A stretch of 64,000 nt of DNA from Betaproteobacteria bacterium (GTDB taxonomy: Bacteria > Pseudomonadota > Gammaproteobacteria > Burkholderiales > SG8-39). The stretch's first letter is position 1; each line of letters starts with the position of its first letter. Under the pieces are notes generated by a model. That model saw only the letters and a program-made list of their open reading frames with translations. It was not told where the DNA came from and searched no databases. Position numbers and translations under genes: made by a program. Below are positions 39,030 through 51,094 of the stretch, one piece after another. The stretch spans positions 1,384 through 65,383 of the forward strand of contig CANIIA010000004.1 of assembly GCA_947467435.1 (NCBI GenBank), given 5' to 3'.

Positions 39030-40185
39030 GCAATTCTTTGCCACAAGCCCGCGCGGCCTAGAGGCCGTGTTAGCAGATGAGTTGCGTGCACTCGGTGCGC
39101 AACAGTGCACCCCAGTGCCAGGTGGTGTGGCATTTCAAGGTGAATGGGAAACTTGCTACGCAGCAAATTTTCATTCGCGCATCGCCTCGCGCATATTGTG
39201 GCGACTCAGCGAATTTACATATAGCGATGCGCAAGACGTGTATGCAGTCGCACATCAAATGCAATGGACGCAGTGGTTTGACGTCCATTGCAGTATTCGA
39301 GTGAATGTGACGGCGATCAAGAGCCCACTAAAAAGTTTGGAGTTTGTGACGCTGCGCATTAAAGACGCTGTATGCGACCACTTTCGAGAAGCCGTGGGTC
39401 AACGCCCAGACGTGAGCCGACAGTTGCCCGATGTACGGATCCATTGTTTTCTGGAAGAAACGCGCGGCACATTTTATTTGGACACATCAGGAGAGCCGCT
39501 GTTTAAGCGAGGCTGGCGACGCGCGAGTGTTGAAGCGCCATTACGCGAAAATCTCGCAGCAGGTATTTTAAAACTCACAGGTTGGCAGCCAGAGATGCCT
39601 TTACTCGATCCGATGTGCGGTGGCGGCACTTTCTTAATCGAAGCCGCAGCGATCGGCTTGAATGTACCGCCGGGGGCGAACCGCAGCTTTGGGTTCGAGC
39701 GATTAAGTACCTTTGAACAACATGCCTGGAACCGCGTGCGTGATGGTCGTGGGCCACGTCATCGTCAGCCGCTGTCGTTATTTGGCAGCGACATTGAACA
39801 GCGTGCAATTGAAAGTGCACGAAAAAATTTAATGGCCGCAGGATTTTTGGATCACGTCAAATTACAGCGACAAGATCTTCTTAAACTAGAAGCGCCCGCA
39901 TCCTCGGGCGTGATGATTGCAAACCCGCCCTATGGCGAGCGACTTGCAGATGACGAAACGATGGCAGCGTTTTATCCACAACTGGGTCACACCTTAAAGC
40001 AACGGTTTGCTGGATGGACGTGCTATTTCTTTACCGCAGATTTTCGTTTGGCAAAGCTGATTCGCTTATCGGCCAGTCGCCGTGTGCCTTTATTTAATGG
40101 TGCACTTGAGTGTCGGTTGTTTGAATTTCGGGTGGTGGCTGGATCTAACCGCACCCCGCGGCCCAGCGCGACAGATTCAGTTTAA
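39010..40185 (+). CDS. THUMP-domain class I SAM-dependent RNA methyltransferase (RlmL-like, single-domain form)
   Basis: FFATSPRGLEAVLADELRALGA N-terminus, a THUMP region and the MTase motifs DPMCGGGTFLIEA and NPPYGER. The only in-frame start candidate is TTG 39010 (20-nt overlap with hemJ), so the start is uncertain. Confidence 0.8.
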   Translation: MSSNLSKQFFATSPRGLEAVLADELRALGAQQCTPVPGGVAFQGEWETCYAANFHSRIASRILWRLSEFTYSDAQDVYAVAHQMQWTQWFDVHCSIRVNVTAIKSPLKSLEFVTLRIKDAVCDHFREAVGQRPDVSRQLPDVRIHCFLEETRGTFYLDTSGEPLFKRGWRRASVEAPLRENLAAGILKLTGWQPEMPLLDPMCGGGTFLIEAAAIGLNVPPGANRSFGFERLSTFEQHAWNRVRDGRGPRHRQPLSLFGSDIEQRAIESARKNLMAAGFLDHVKLQRQDLLKLEAPASSGVMIANPPYGERLADDETMAAFYPQLGHTLKQRFAGWTCYFFTADFRLAKLIRLSASRRVPLFNGALECRLFEFRVVAGSNRTPRPSATDSV

Positions 40186-41225
40186 GTCGGAAAATTTTCG
40201 CGGATCGATGCTTTACTGCGCGCTTCAGCGACTGTCACCACTTGACGTCGTACCAAGTCTTGGAGCGATTGATCCAGTGTTTGCATACCAAAGTGCGCGC
40301 CGGTTTGGATAGCGGAGTACATTTGCGCGATTTTGTTTTCGCGGATCAAATTTCGAATCGCTGGTGTGCCGATCATTACCTCAAATGCAGCAACTCGCCC
40401 ATGCTCGTCAGCCGTTTTAAGTAGAGTTTGTGAAATCACTGCGCGTAAACTTTCTGAGAGCATGGCGCGTACCATGTCTTTTTCGCCAGCAGGAAAAACA
40501 TCGACCACGCGATCAATGGTTTTAGCAGCAGAGTTGGTGTGTAAGGTACCAAATACCAAATGCCCGGTTTCTGCAGCGGTCAGGGCTAGGCGTATCGTTT
40601 CAAGATCACGCATCTCACCGACTAACACCACATCCGGATCTTCGCGTAATGCGGATCGAAGTGCATTGGCAAAGGAAAGCGTGTTGGAACCGACCTCACG
40701 TTGCGAGATGAAGCTTTTATTGGGGGTGTGTAGAAATTCAATCGGATCTTCAATGGTCAGGATGTGGACTGGATCGCGTCGATTAATGTGATCAATCATT
40801 GCAGCCAAGGTCGTTGATTTACCCGAGCCGGTTGGACCGGTTACCAGTACGATGCCGCGTGGAAACGCCACGATTTCTTTGAAGATGGCTGGAGAATTTA
40901 ATTGCTCCAGGGTTTGGATTTGGGTTGGAATGGTACGCATCGCGGCAGCCGCACCCCGATGTTGATGATATGCATTGACACGAAAACGCGCCAGTTGCGG
41001 CACGCTGATTGCGAAATCACATTCCAGTTGCTGAGTAAACGTCTCGCGTTGATGGGGCGTCATGACTGAGTGAAGCAGGCGTGTGACTTCGGCGTGATCG
41101 AGCGCGGGAACATTGATTTGTCGAATATCTCCATGTACACGGATCATCGGCGGCAATCCCGCAGACAGATGGAGATCAGAGGCTTGGTTCTTAACGCCAA
41201 ACGCGAGTAAATCAGGCAGTTCCAT
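40182..41225 (-). CDS. pilT: Type IV pilus retraction ATPase PilT
   Basis: 347 aa with ASDLHLSAGLPPMIRVHGD, Walker A GPTGSGKST, and the Asp/His boxes LREDPDVVLVGEMRD and GHLVFGTLHT. GGAGG RBS. Confidence 0.95.
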   Translation of the reverse strand: MELPDLLAFGVKNQASDLHLSAGLPPMIRVHGDIRQINVPALDHAEVTRLLHSVMTPHQRETFTQQLECDFAISVPQLARFRVNAYHQHRGAAAAMRTIPTQIQTLEQLNSPAIFKEIVAFPRGIVLVTGPTGSGKSTTLAAMIDHINRRDPVHILTIEDPIEFLHTPNKSFISQREVGSNTLSFANALRSALREDPDVVLVGEMRDLETIRLALTAAETGHLVFGTLHTNSAAKTIDRVVDVFPAGEKDMVRAMLSESLRAVISQTLLKTADEHGRVAAFEVMIGTPAIRNLIRENKIAQMYSAIQTGAHFGMQTLDQSLQDLVRRQVVTVAEARSKASIRENFPT

Positions 41226-41449
41226 TACAATACCTCCAGTGATATCTGTGGTTTAGTGCTGAACGGCGAATGGCTTAGATGCGCACCGTACAGACATTTG
41301 TGTGGCTGTGCGGATGCATTGCACTTAGTCTTCACAGCCTTTTTAGATCCATCGTTAAATACCCGGCGTTGCTGTTGCGCTGAGCCGCGCGCTGAACGTC
41401 TGCTCTTTCCTGTTGATTTGTTCTTGTCCTTCTCGTGTTGACCACAGCC

Positions 41450-42145
41450 ATGGATGGAATCGCCAATCACTTTCAAGCGGTACGTCATCGGATACAAACC
41501 GCCGAGCGTGCAGCTGGACGACAAAGTGGATCGGTTCAACTGATCGCCGTTGGAAAATTTCAACCGGCAGAAGCACTCAAGCGTGCGTACGAAGAAGGTC
41601 AACGCGCCTTTGGCGAGAATTATGTGCAAGAAGCGCTGGATAAAATGCAGGCGTTACAAAATTTGTCAGGCCTTGAGTGGCATTTAATTGGGCCATTACA
41701 AAGCAATAAAACACGCGTGGTTGCTGAACACTTTGACTGGGTACATACCCTCGATCGAGAAAAAATTGCCCGGCGACTGTCTGAGCAACGCCCGGGACAT
41801 CTGCCGCCACTCAATGTATTGCTACAGGTCAATAGTTCGAATGAAGAGACAAAATCTGGTGTGGGACCTGCCGCAGTTTCAAGTTTGGCCCACGCGATTG
41901 ATGCATTGCCCGGTTTACGCTTGCGTGGACTGATGAGCATTCCCGCCCCAGCCGATCGCTATGAGACGCAGCGTGCAGCGTTTGCACCGGTACGTGCGTT
42001 ATTTATGCAACTGCAAGCCGAAGGTTTGAAGATCGATACGTTATCGATGGGCATGACACAAGACTTAGAAGCGGCCATTGCGGAGGGCGCCACGCAAGTG
42101 CGTATCGGTACCGCGTTGTTTGGACCTCGAGCTGCATCGGGCTAG
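41450..42145 (+). CDS. yggS: YggS family pyridoxal-phosphate homeostasis protein
   Basis: LIAVGKFQP (PLP Lys), WHLIGPLQSNK, LSMGMTQDLEAAI and VRIGTALFG. Start is ATG 41450 or GTG 41435. Confidence 0.9.
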   Translation: MDGIANHFQAVRHRIQTAERAAGRQSGSVQLIAVGKFQPAEALKRAYEEGQRAFGENYVQEALDKMQALQNLSGLEWHLIGPLQSNKTRVVAEHFDWVHTLDREKIARRLSEQRPGHLPPLNVLLQVNSSNEETKSGVGPAAVSSLAHAIDALPGLRLRGLMSIPAPADRYETQRAAFAPVRALFMQLQAEGLKIDTLSMGMTQDLEAAIAEGATQVRIGTALFGPRAASG

Positions 42146-42199
42146 CCGTGCGGACACATGAAGCGAACAGACCACGAAATTTTTTGAGACGATAAAACC

Positions 42200-43012
42200 A
42201 TGAAAATAGTGTTCCTTGGTGGCGGCAACATGGCGAGTGCGTTGATTGGTGGCTTACTCGCGCGAGGATTTCAGCCAACGGACCTGGCGGTGGTTGAAAA
42301 ATTACCTGAGGCGCGCGATGCATTAGCGCAACGTTATGCTGTGAGCGTGTTTGATACGGTCAAACCTGAGCTCGGCGATGCGCAAACGATCGTGCTTGCA
42401 GTGAAGCCGCAGGACTTACGATTGGCGCTTGCGCCATGGTCCGGACAACTCAGCCATCAGCTGGTGATCAGTATTGCAGCAGGAGTGACTTTAAATACCT
42501 TGTCGCGTTGGCTGGGCGGATACAAAAGGCTCGTGCGCGCTATGCCCAACACACCGGCATTGATCGGCGCAGGCGCAGCGGGTTTGTTTGCTACATCTGA
42601 TGTGAGCGCCGAAGAACGACAACGTGCCGAAGCAATTTTAGGCGCGGTAGGAATCACCGCTTGGGTGAACGAAGAAACGTTGATCGATGCGGTGACCGCG
42701 TTATCAGGTAGTGGCCCCGCCTATGTTTTTTATTTTATTGAGGCCATCGAGCAGGCAGGTAGACAGTTAGGATTAACTGCTGAAGTGGCGCGTGCATTGG
42801 CAATTCAAACATTTGTTGGCGCCTCGCAGCTGGCTGCAGCATCCGACGAATCCCCTGCTCGATTACGAGAGCGGGTCACCTCAAAAGGGGGCACCACAGA
42901 AGCCGCACTGCATGTGTTTGCTGAACAAGCCATTGCAGCGCAAATCGCGCAAGGATTACAAGCAGCCAATGCGCGTGGTGCGGCACTTGGCAAACTGCTG
43001 GACAAGGACTAA
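42200..43012 (+). CDS. proC: Pyrroline-5-carboxylate reductase
   Basis: MKIVFLGGGNMASALIGGL Rossmann motif, SGSGPAYVFYFIEA and VTSKGGTTEAAL. Confidence 0.95.
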   Translation: MKIVFLGGGNMASALIGGLLARGFQPTDLAVVEKLPEARDALAQRYAVSVFDTVKPELGDAQTIVLAVKPQDLRLALAPWSGQLSHQLVISIAAGVTLNTLSRWLGGYKRLVRAMPNTPALIGAGAAGLFATSDVSAEERQRAEAILGAVGITAWVNEETLIDAVTALSGSGPAYVFYFIEAIEQAGRQLGLTAEVARALAIQTFVGASQLAAASDESPARLRERVTSKGGTTEAALHVFAEQAIAAQIAQGLQAANARGAALGKLLDKD

Positions 43013-43015
43013 GCG

Positions 43016-43579
43016 ATGTTTATTCAGATGGCACAACTACTACTAGACAGCATCGGCGGATTTTTTGTGATGCTGTTGTTGGCGCGTTTTTATTTTCAAT
43101 ATCTCCGCGTGTCATTACAAAACCCGCTTGGCGGTTTTGTGTTGGCTCTGACAGATTGGTTAATCCTGCCACTACGTCGCGTGATGCCGCGATGGGGTCG
43201 CGTTGATTTTGCTTCGCTGCTTGCCGCAGGGGCAGTGCATGCGCTGTGTTTGGCCCTGCTTGGTTGGGTGAGCGGTACAACCTTTGGCGTATTTTCTTGG
43301 CCAGCCCTAATTATTTTAAGTGCGCTGGATTTAATTCGCTCGAGTGTTCACCTGTTGGTGTTTGCATTGTTGCTACAAGCGGTGTTGTCCTGGACGCAAC
43401 CCTTCTCACCAATGGTCACGGTGCTCAACGCCTTGGTTGGTCCATTACTACGCCCGATTCAGCGAGTGATCCCACTGATTGGCAATATTGATCTTTCGCC
43501 CTTGGTGTTATTGGTGCTCTTGCAATTACTGCTGATTCCATTGGCGCACGTTAGATTATTACTGGCGATGGGCTTTTAA
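43016..43579 (+). CDS. yggT: YggT family membrane protein
   Basis: 187 aa with two YGGT repeats (LPLRRVMPRWGRVDFASLL, LRPIQRVIPLIGNIDLSPLV). Part of the yggS-proC-yggT context. Confidence 0.85.
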   Translation: MFIQMAQLLLDSIGGFFVMLLLARFYFQYLRVSLQNPLGGFVLALTDWLILPLRRVMPRWGRVDFASLLAAGAVHALCLALLGWVSGTTFGVFSWPALIILSALDLIRSSVHLLVFALLLQAVLSWTQPFSPMVTVLNALVGPLLRPIQRVIPLIGNIDLSPLVLLVLLQLLLIPLAHVRLLLAMGF

Positions 43580-43587
43580 GACAGCAC

Positions 43588-44700
43588 CTAAGTCTGCACA
43601 AGTTTGCGATGTCGGTGCACGCTCATCAAAATGCCAAGTCCAATAAAGAGTGTTGCCAGTGCAGTGCCGCCATAAGAAATAAACGGTAAGGGCACGCCGA
43701 CGACTGGCAAGATGCCCGATACCATGCCCATATTGACGAAGGCGTAGGTAAAGAAAATCAGCGTGATCGAACTTGCGAGTAAGCGCGAAAAAAACGTGGG
43801 CGCATTGGCTGCAATCATCAACCCACGCCCAATCAGCAATGCGTACAGTACTAACAGCACGCAGTTGCCGAGTAAACCAAACTCTTCAGAGAACACCGCA
43901 AAAATAAAATCGGTGTGACGTTCCGGAATAAATTCTAGGTGTGTTTGCGTGCCAGACAGCCAGCCTTTGCCAAAAATGCCACCCGAACCGACGGCGATGG
44001 TTGATTGAATGATGTGATAGCCCGCCCCCAATGGGTCTGAACTGGGGTCGAGCAAAGTGAGGATACGTTTACGCTGATAGTCGTGCAGCATGCCCCATAA
44101 CGGCGGCAAGCTGGCCAGACCGATCACGCTGACACCAGCAATGACTTTCCAAGAAAGACCTGCAAAGAAAATGACGTAGCAGCCTGCAGCGCCGACCAAA
44201 ATAGCTGTGCCTAGGTCGGGTTGTCGTGCAATTAATAAGACGGGTAGCAACAACAGCACTCCAGCAATTAAAAAATCACGTGCGCGCAATAAGGCTTCAT
44301 TGCGATGAAAATGCCAGGCCAACATGAGTGGCATGGCGATTTTCATGATCTCTGAAGGTTGAATGCGCGCCACACCGAGATGTAACCAGCGGCGAGCGCC
44401 ATTCGCAACATCGCCAAACAACGCGACCGCGATCAACAAAGTCACCCCGAGTAAGTACACCGGTAATGCAAAGCGCATCAGTGTTTGCGGCTGCAATTGC
44501 GCTACGACCCACATGGCGGTAAAGGCCACCGCAAGATTGATCAGCTGCGCGGTGACGCGTTGTGGATAGTCATAACTGGCGCTAAACAAGGTAAGCAAAC
44601 CTAAACCGACCAAAATAATGGCGATGGTGAGTAAGGTTTGATCCATCCCAGCGTTGAGTCGAAAAAATAAACGACGCAGGCTGAATTGCGTTAGTTGCAT
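43588..44700 (-). CDS. rodA: Peptidoglycan glycosyltransferase RodA (SEDS)
   Basis: Polytopic FtsW/RodA/SpoVE family with RWLHLGVARIQPSEIMKIAMPL, TDFIFAVFSEEFG and PLPFISYGG. ATG 44700 overlaps the mrdA stop by 1 nt. Confidence 0.95.
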   Translation of the reverse strand: MQLTQFSLRRLFFRLNAGMDQTLLTIAIILVGLGLLTLFSASYDYPQRVTAQLINLAVAFTAMWVVAQLQPQTLMRFALPVYLLGVTLLIAVALFGDVANGARRWLHLGVARIQPSEIMKIAMPLMLAWHFHRNEALLRARDFLIAGVLLLLPVLLIARQPDLGTAILVGAAGCYVIFFAGLSWKVIAGVSVIGLASLPPLWGMLHDYQRKRILTLLDPSSDPLGAGYHIIQSTIAVGSGGIFGKGWLSGTQTHLEFIPERHTDFIFAVFSEEFGLLGNCVLLVLYALLIGRGLMIAANAPTFFSRLLASSITLIFFTYAFVNMGMVSGILPVVGVPLPFISYGGTALATLFIGLGILMSVHRHRKLVQT

Positions 44701-46598
44701 CAATCTTCTCCCGCGTCGTCTTCGTCAGCTGATTTGCGCGCTGGTGGAATTTTTCCGAGCAACCAGTAATCGAGTACGGCGCGTGCAATGGGTGCAGCAG
44801 CACGTGCACCAAAGCCGCCGTTTTCGACAATGGTCATCAAGGCGATTTTTGGATTGTCTAACGGCGCAAAGGCAATGAATAACGAGTGATCGCGATGTCG
44901 CTCAGCAATTTTTCGCTCGTCGTATTTTTCATTTTGCTTCATGCCGATCACCTGTGCGGTTCCCGTCTTACCGCCACTGGAATACTGCGCGCCTGCAAAC
45001 GCACGTGCACCCGTACCCTCTTTATTCACGCCAGCCATGGCGTTTTTAACGAACTCGACGTTCTCGGGTTTGAGCGAAATTTGGCTAATGAGTTGTGGCT
45101 CGATGTAGCGTCGATCCCCAGAGCGCAAATGATCAACGTGCGCCACTAAGTGCGGTCGATACATGGCGCCGCCATTGGCTAACGCAGCGACTGCTTGTGC
45201 GAGTTGCACGGGTGTGTAGGCGTTATAGCCTTGCCCAATACCGATTGAAATCGTTTCTCCGGCATACCACTTTTGTTGTTCGGGACGACGAAAGCGTCGT
45301 TGTTTCCATTCGGGAGAAGGCAGCACGCCGATGGCTTCGCCCTCTAAATCGATCCCGGTTTTTGCGCCGAGCCCAAATTGCTTCATAAACGCAGCGATCG
45401 CATCAATGCCCATGTCGTTGGCAAGTTGGTAGTAGTAAGTATCAGACGAGACAACGATGGACTTATATAAATCGACCGAGCCATTTCCCCCGGGCTTTGA
45501 ATCACGAAAGCGTCGACCGCCAAATTCGTAGTACCCGGGGTCGCTGATGGTGTATCGCGGGTGACGTTTACCGGATTCCAAGGCTGCGAGAGCCATGAAC
45601 GGTTTAAATGTCGACCCCGGGGGATAAACACCCGCAATCGCACGATTATTGAGGGGTCGATCCGGTGAGTTATTTAGTTCCGCCCAACTTTGTGGATCGA
45701 TGCCATCGACAAACAAATTTGGATCAAAGCCTGGTTTCGATACGAAAGCCAAGATCGCGCCGCTGGCGGGGTCAATGGCCACGAGTGCGCCGCGTCGATC
45801 ACCAAAGGCTTGCTCGACGATTTCTTGTAACTTGATATCGATGGTGAGGGTGATGTTATTACCAGGCTGCGCAGCCGTGCGCGACAGCGTACGAATACCT
45901 CGCCCGCCCGCATCGATTTCAACTTGTTCAAATCCGGTGCTGCCGTGTAGTTCATTTTGATAACTGGCCTCAACGCCAGTCTTTCCGACAAAATCGGTGC
46001 CGCGGTAATTGGCAGAAACGCCTTGTTCTTCGAGACGCTCGATATCTCGGTCGGTCATCCGACCGATATAACCAATCACGTGCGATGCGGTATCGCCGTA
46101 GGGATATTGGCGAAACAAGCGTGCGCGAATCTCAACGCCTGGAAAGCGAAACCGGTTGGCCGCAAAACGCGCAACCTCTTCGTCGGTGAGTCGGTTGCGG
46201 ATCGGCAAACTGTCCGCGTTGCGTGATTCCGAAAGCAACTTGCGAAAGCGACTGCGATCGCGCGGTTGAATATCCACGACTTCAGCCAATTCGGTGATCG
46301 TGCGTTCGAGATCGTTAATCTTGCTTGGCGAAATTTCGAGTGTGTACGCAGAATAGTTGCGTGCTAACACGACGCCGTTGCGGTCCAAAATTAATCCGCG
46401 GTTGGGTGCAATTGGTACGATCGAAATACGATTGTCTTCTGCCTTAGCGTGATACACATCGTGCTGCACGATTTGTAGCCACGTAAAGCGCAAAAGCAAA
46501 ATCGCAAAGCACACCAGTACCGCCACACTGACAAAACCAACGCGCACCTGAAACTGATATAGCTCGCGCTGATGATTTTTAAGTTCAGTAAGACGCAT
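44700..46598 (-). CDS. mrdA: Penicillin-binding protein 2 (elongasome transpeptidase)
   Basis: N-terminal TM helix, then SxxK GSTFKPF, SxD VVSSDTY and KTGTAQV. Confidence 0.95.
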   Translation of the reverse strand: MRLTELKNHQRELYQFQVRVGFVSVAVLVCFAILLLRFTWLQIVQHDVYHAKAEDNRISIVPIAPNRGLILDRNGVVLARNYSAYTLEISPSKINDLERTITELAEVVDIQPRDRSRFRKLLSESRNADSLPIRNRLTDEEVARFAANRFRFPGVEIRARLFRQYPYGDTASHVIGYIGRMTDRDIERLEEQGVSANYRGTDFVGKTGVEASYQNELHGSTGFEQVEIDAGGRGIRTLSRTAAQPGNNITLTIDIKLQEIVEQAFGDRRGALVAIDPASGAILAFVSKPGFDPNLFVDGIDPQSWAELNNSPDRPLNNRAIAGVYPPGSTFKPFMALAALESGKRHPRYTISDPGYYEFGGRRFRDSKPGGNGSVDLYKSIVVSSDTYYYQLANDMGIDAIAAFMKQFGLGAKTGIDLEGEAIGVLPSPEWKQRRFRRPEQQKWYAGETISIGIGQGYNAYTPVQLAQAVAALANGGAMYRPHLVAHVDHLRSGDRRYIEPQLISQISLKPENVEFVKNAMAGVNKEGTGARAFAGAQYSSGGKTGTAQVIGMKQNEKYDERKIAERHRDHSLFIAFAPLDNPKIALMTIVENGGFGARAAAPIARAVLDYWLLGKIPPARKSADEDDAGED

Positions 46599-46613
46599 GC
46601 CAGATTCGTCCGA

Positions 46614-47121
46614 TTAAATCGGCCGAGTTTCGTCAATCTCGGCTGGGCGGCGTTGTGGTGCGAGGAGCACCCAAGTCAACACAGGCCAAGTCAGCGCAGC
46701 GAGAATCGGGCCGACCAAGAGTGACCAACCCGGAAACTGACCACCTGCCACTAATCGAATCAGCACTTGCATGGCTTGCGCCGCGATTAACAAGGCAGCC
46801 ACGTGCAAGCTTTGTTGTAACCAGCCAAACCATAAAATACGTCGCGACAAGCTCATTGATACAAATGCCAGGAGTGAATACGTCAAGGCGTGTTGGCCAA
46901 GTAACACGCCATTGCCTGCGTCCATCATTAAGCCCAAACACCAAGCCACACCCAAGCCAATCAGACGCGGATGCCGCACACACCAAAACACCAAGACCAG
47001 TGCCACGAAATCAGGCACCAACGCGACACTTCGCCACGGCAAAAAATTTAAAAGTAATGCGCAGAAAAACGAGATCGTAATCGTGCTGATGCGCACCGGC
47101 AGCAAAATATAATTAGGGCGC

Positions 47122-47132
<11 letters not shown>
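46614..47132 (-). CDS. mreD: Rod shape-determining protein MreD
   Basis: Start trimmed to ATG 47132 (11-nt overlap with the mreC end). The hydrophobic 5-TM protein begins MPAERPNYILLPV...LLNFLPW. The ORF-track N-terminal extension lies inside mreC. Confidence 0.8.
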
Positions 47133-49181
<2,049 letters not shown>

Positions 49182-49321
49182 CTAATGCGCCTGTCATTTG
49201 ATGGGTTGCGTGCGCTTTTGCTCGGTGGGATTGTTTGGATTTTGGCGTGTTGTGATCCCGCCATCAGGCTTGAGTGCGCTGCAATTTTCAACCGCTCGAT
49301 TTTTCTTCCCCTTCAGCGTTT

Positions 49322-49609
49322 ATGGCCCTTGATCTTGAGCAAATTCGACGCGTCGCCCGCCTTGCCCGTATCACGGTCAACGAGGCTGAAGCGCGCGCAA
49401 GTGCCGAGCAGCTCAATGGCGTGATGGACTTGATCGCCCAAATGCAGGCGGTCGACACCACCGGCATTGCACCCATGTCGCATGCGTTGGATGTTGTGCA
49501 GCGATTACGCGCAGACGTGGTGAGCGAAACCGATCAACGTAGCGCCTACCAAGCGATCGCGCCTGCGGTTGAGGCGGGGCTGTATTTGGTTCCGAAGGTG
49601 ATTGAGTGA
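49322..49609 (+). CDS. gatC: Asp/Glu-tRNA(Asn/Gln) amidotransferase subunit C
   Basis: Start trimmed to ATG 49322 (MALDLEQIRRVARLARI), giving 95 aa. Confidence 0.9.
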   Translation: MALDLEQIRRVARLARITVNEAEARASAEQLNGVMDLIAQMQAVDTTGIAPMSHALDVVQRLRADVVSETDQRSAYQAIAPAVEAGLYLVPKVIE

Positions 49610-49633
49610 GCGGCGCCTCGGGCGGTCACACCC

Positions 49634-51094
49634 ATGATTGATGCAAGCCTTGCCACATTGGCTGCAGCATTGGCGGCAAAGCAGGTCTCGAGCCTTGAGC
49701 TGACGCAGGCGTTTTTGGCGCGAATTGCAGCGCTCAATGGCACCTTCAATGCATTTGTCACGGTCGCCACTGAACAAGCGCTTGCTGAAGCCCGCGCCGC
49801 TGATGCCCGCATCGCTGCCGGTGAATCGGGCCCGTTGCTTGGTGTGCCGATTGCGCATAAAGATATTTTTTGCACCCAAGGTTTACCGACCACCTGTGGC
49901 TCAAAGATGTTGGCTAACTTTGTCTCGCCTTACGATGCGCATGTGGTGACGCAGTTACGCCGTGCGGGGGCGGTGATGCTGGGTAAATGCAACATGGACG
50001 AGTTCGCGATGGGCTCTTCCAACGAAACCTCATTTTTTGGCCCAGTACGCAACCCATGGCGTCAGGCCGCAGTCCCCGGCGGATCATCGGGCGGCTCGGC
50101 GGCTGCGGTCGCAGCGCGGATGGTGCCGGCAGCGACCGGAACCGACACGGGCGGATCGATTCGTCAGCCAGCGGCGTTTTCTGGCATTAGTGGTCTTAAA
50201 CCCACTTATGGCGTGTGCTCGCGCTACGGTATGGTGGCGTTTGCTTCGTCGCTGGATCAAGCGGGTCCGATGGCGCGGAGTGCAGAAGATTTAGCGACCT
50301 TACTTGGCGCGATGGCTGGATTTGATCCGCGTGATTCCACCAGTCTTGAGCGGCCAACAGAAAACTACGCGCGTCACTTTGGTCAATCCTTATCCGGATT
50401 GCGTATTGGTTTGCCGCGCGAATATTTTAGCGAGGGCGTAGATCCGGCGGTGGCTAGCGCGGTGCGCGAAGCGGTACGTTGGTTTGAATCGCAGGGCGCG
50501 CGGACCATCGAAGTCACATTACCGAACACGCAACTCTCGGTGCCGTGTTACTACGTGCTTGCACCGGCAGAAGCCTCATCCAATTTGTCGCGCTTTGATG
50601 GCGTGCGCTATGGCCATCGTGCTCGTCAGTATGATGATCTTGCTGCAATGTATGCAAACTCACGTGCCGAAGGATTTGGAGCCGAAGTAAAACGTCGCAT
50701 CTTGATTGGTACCTACGTGTTATCGCAGGGCTATTACGATGCGTATTACTTACAAGCACAAAAACTTCGTCGTCTCGTTGCCAATGATTTTGCCCAGGCG
50801 TTTACGCAATGTGATTTGATTCTTGGGCCCACGGCACCAAGCACGGCATTTGATTTGGGTAGTAAAAACGGCGATCCCGTCCAGATGTACCTCAACGACA
50901 TTTTCACCATTGCAGTCAATCTTGCCGGCTTACCTGGTATGTCGATCCCTTGCGGCTTTGATACGCGCGGTTTGCCGATTGGCTTACAGATCATCGGCAA
51001 TTATTTTGCAGAATCACAGATGTTGGCTGCTGCGCATGCGTATCAACAAGCCACCGATTGGCATCAACGCACGCCTACGGAGGTTGCACTGTGA
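49634..51094 (+). CDS. gatA: Asp/Glu-tRNA(Asn/Gln) amidotransferase subunit A
   Basis: Amidase signature [12 protein letters not shown]...[12 protein letters not shown]. Confidence 0.95.
   Translation: MIDASLATLAAALAAKQVSSLELTQAFLARIAALNGTFNAFVTVATEQALAEARAADARIAAGESGPLLGVPIAHKDIFCTQGLPTTCGSKMLANFVSPYDAHVVTQLRRAGAVMLGKCNMDEFAMGSSNETSFFGPVRNPWRQAAVPGGSSGGSAAAVAARMVPAATGTDTGGSIRQPAAFSGISGLKPTYGVCSRYGMVAFASSLDQAGPMARSAEDLATLLGAMAGFDPRDSTSLERPTENYARHFGQSLSGLRIGLPREYFSEGVDPAVASAVREAVRWFESQGARTIEVTLPNTQLSVPCYYVLAPAEASSNLSRFDGVRYGHRARQYDDLAAMYANSRAEGFGAEVKRRILIGTYVLSQGYYDAYYLQAQKLRRLVANDFAQAFTQCDLILGPTAPSTAFDLGSKNGDPVQMYLNDIFTIAVNLAGLPGMSIPCGFDTRGLPIGLQIIGNYFAESQMLAAAHAYQQATDWHQRTPTEVAL

Noticed and set aside
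41225-41629. 134-aa minus-strand ORF and a 61-aa Cys-rich plus-strand ORF (41256-41441) filling the pilT-yggS gap
   Set aside because: Neither has an SD-like sequence. The first overlaps the yggS coding start, the second starts at GTG with an odd Cys/Leu-rich composition, and no homolog-like motifs are visible. The region is better explained as divergent promoter/UTR DNA.
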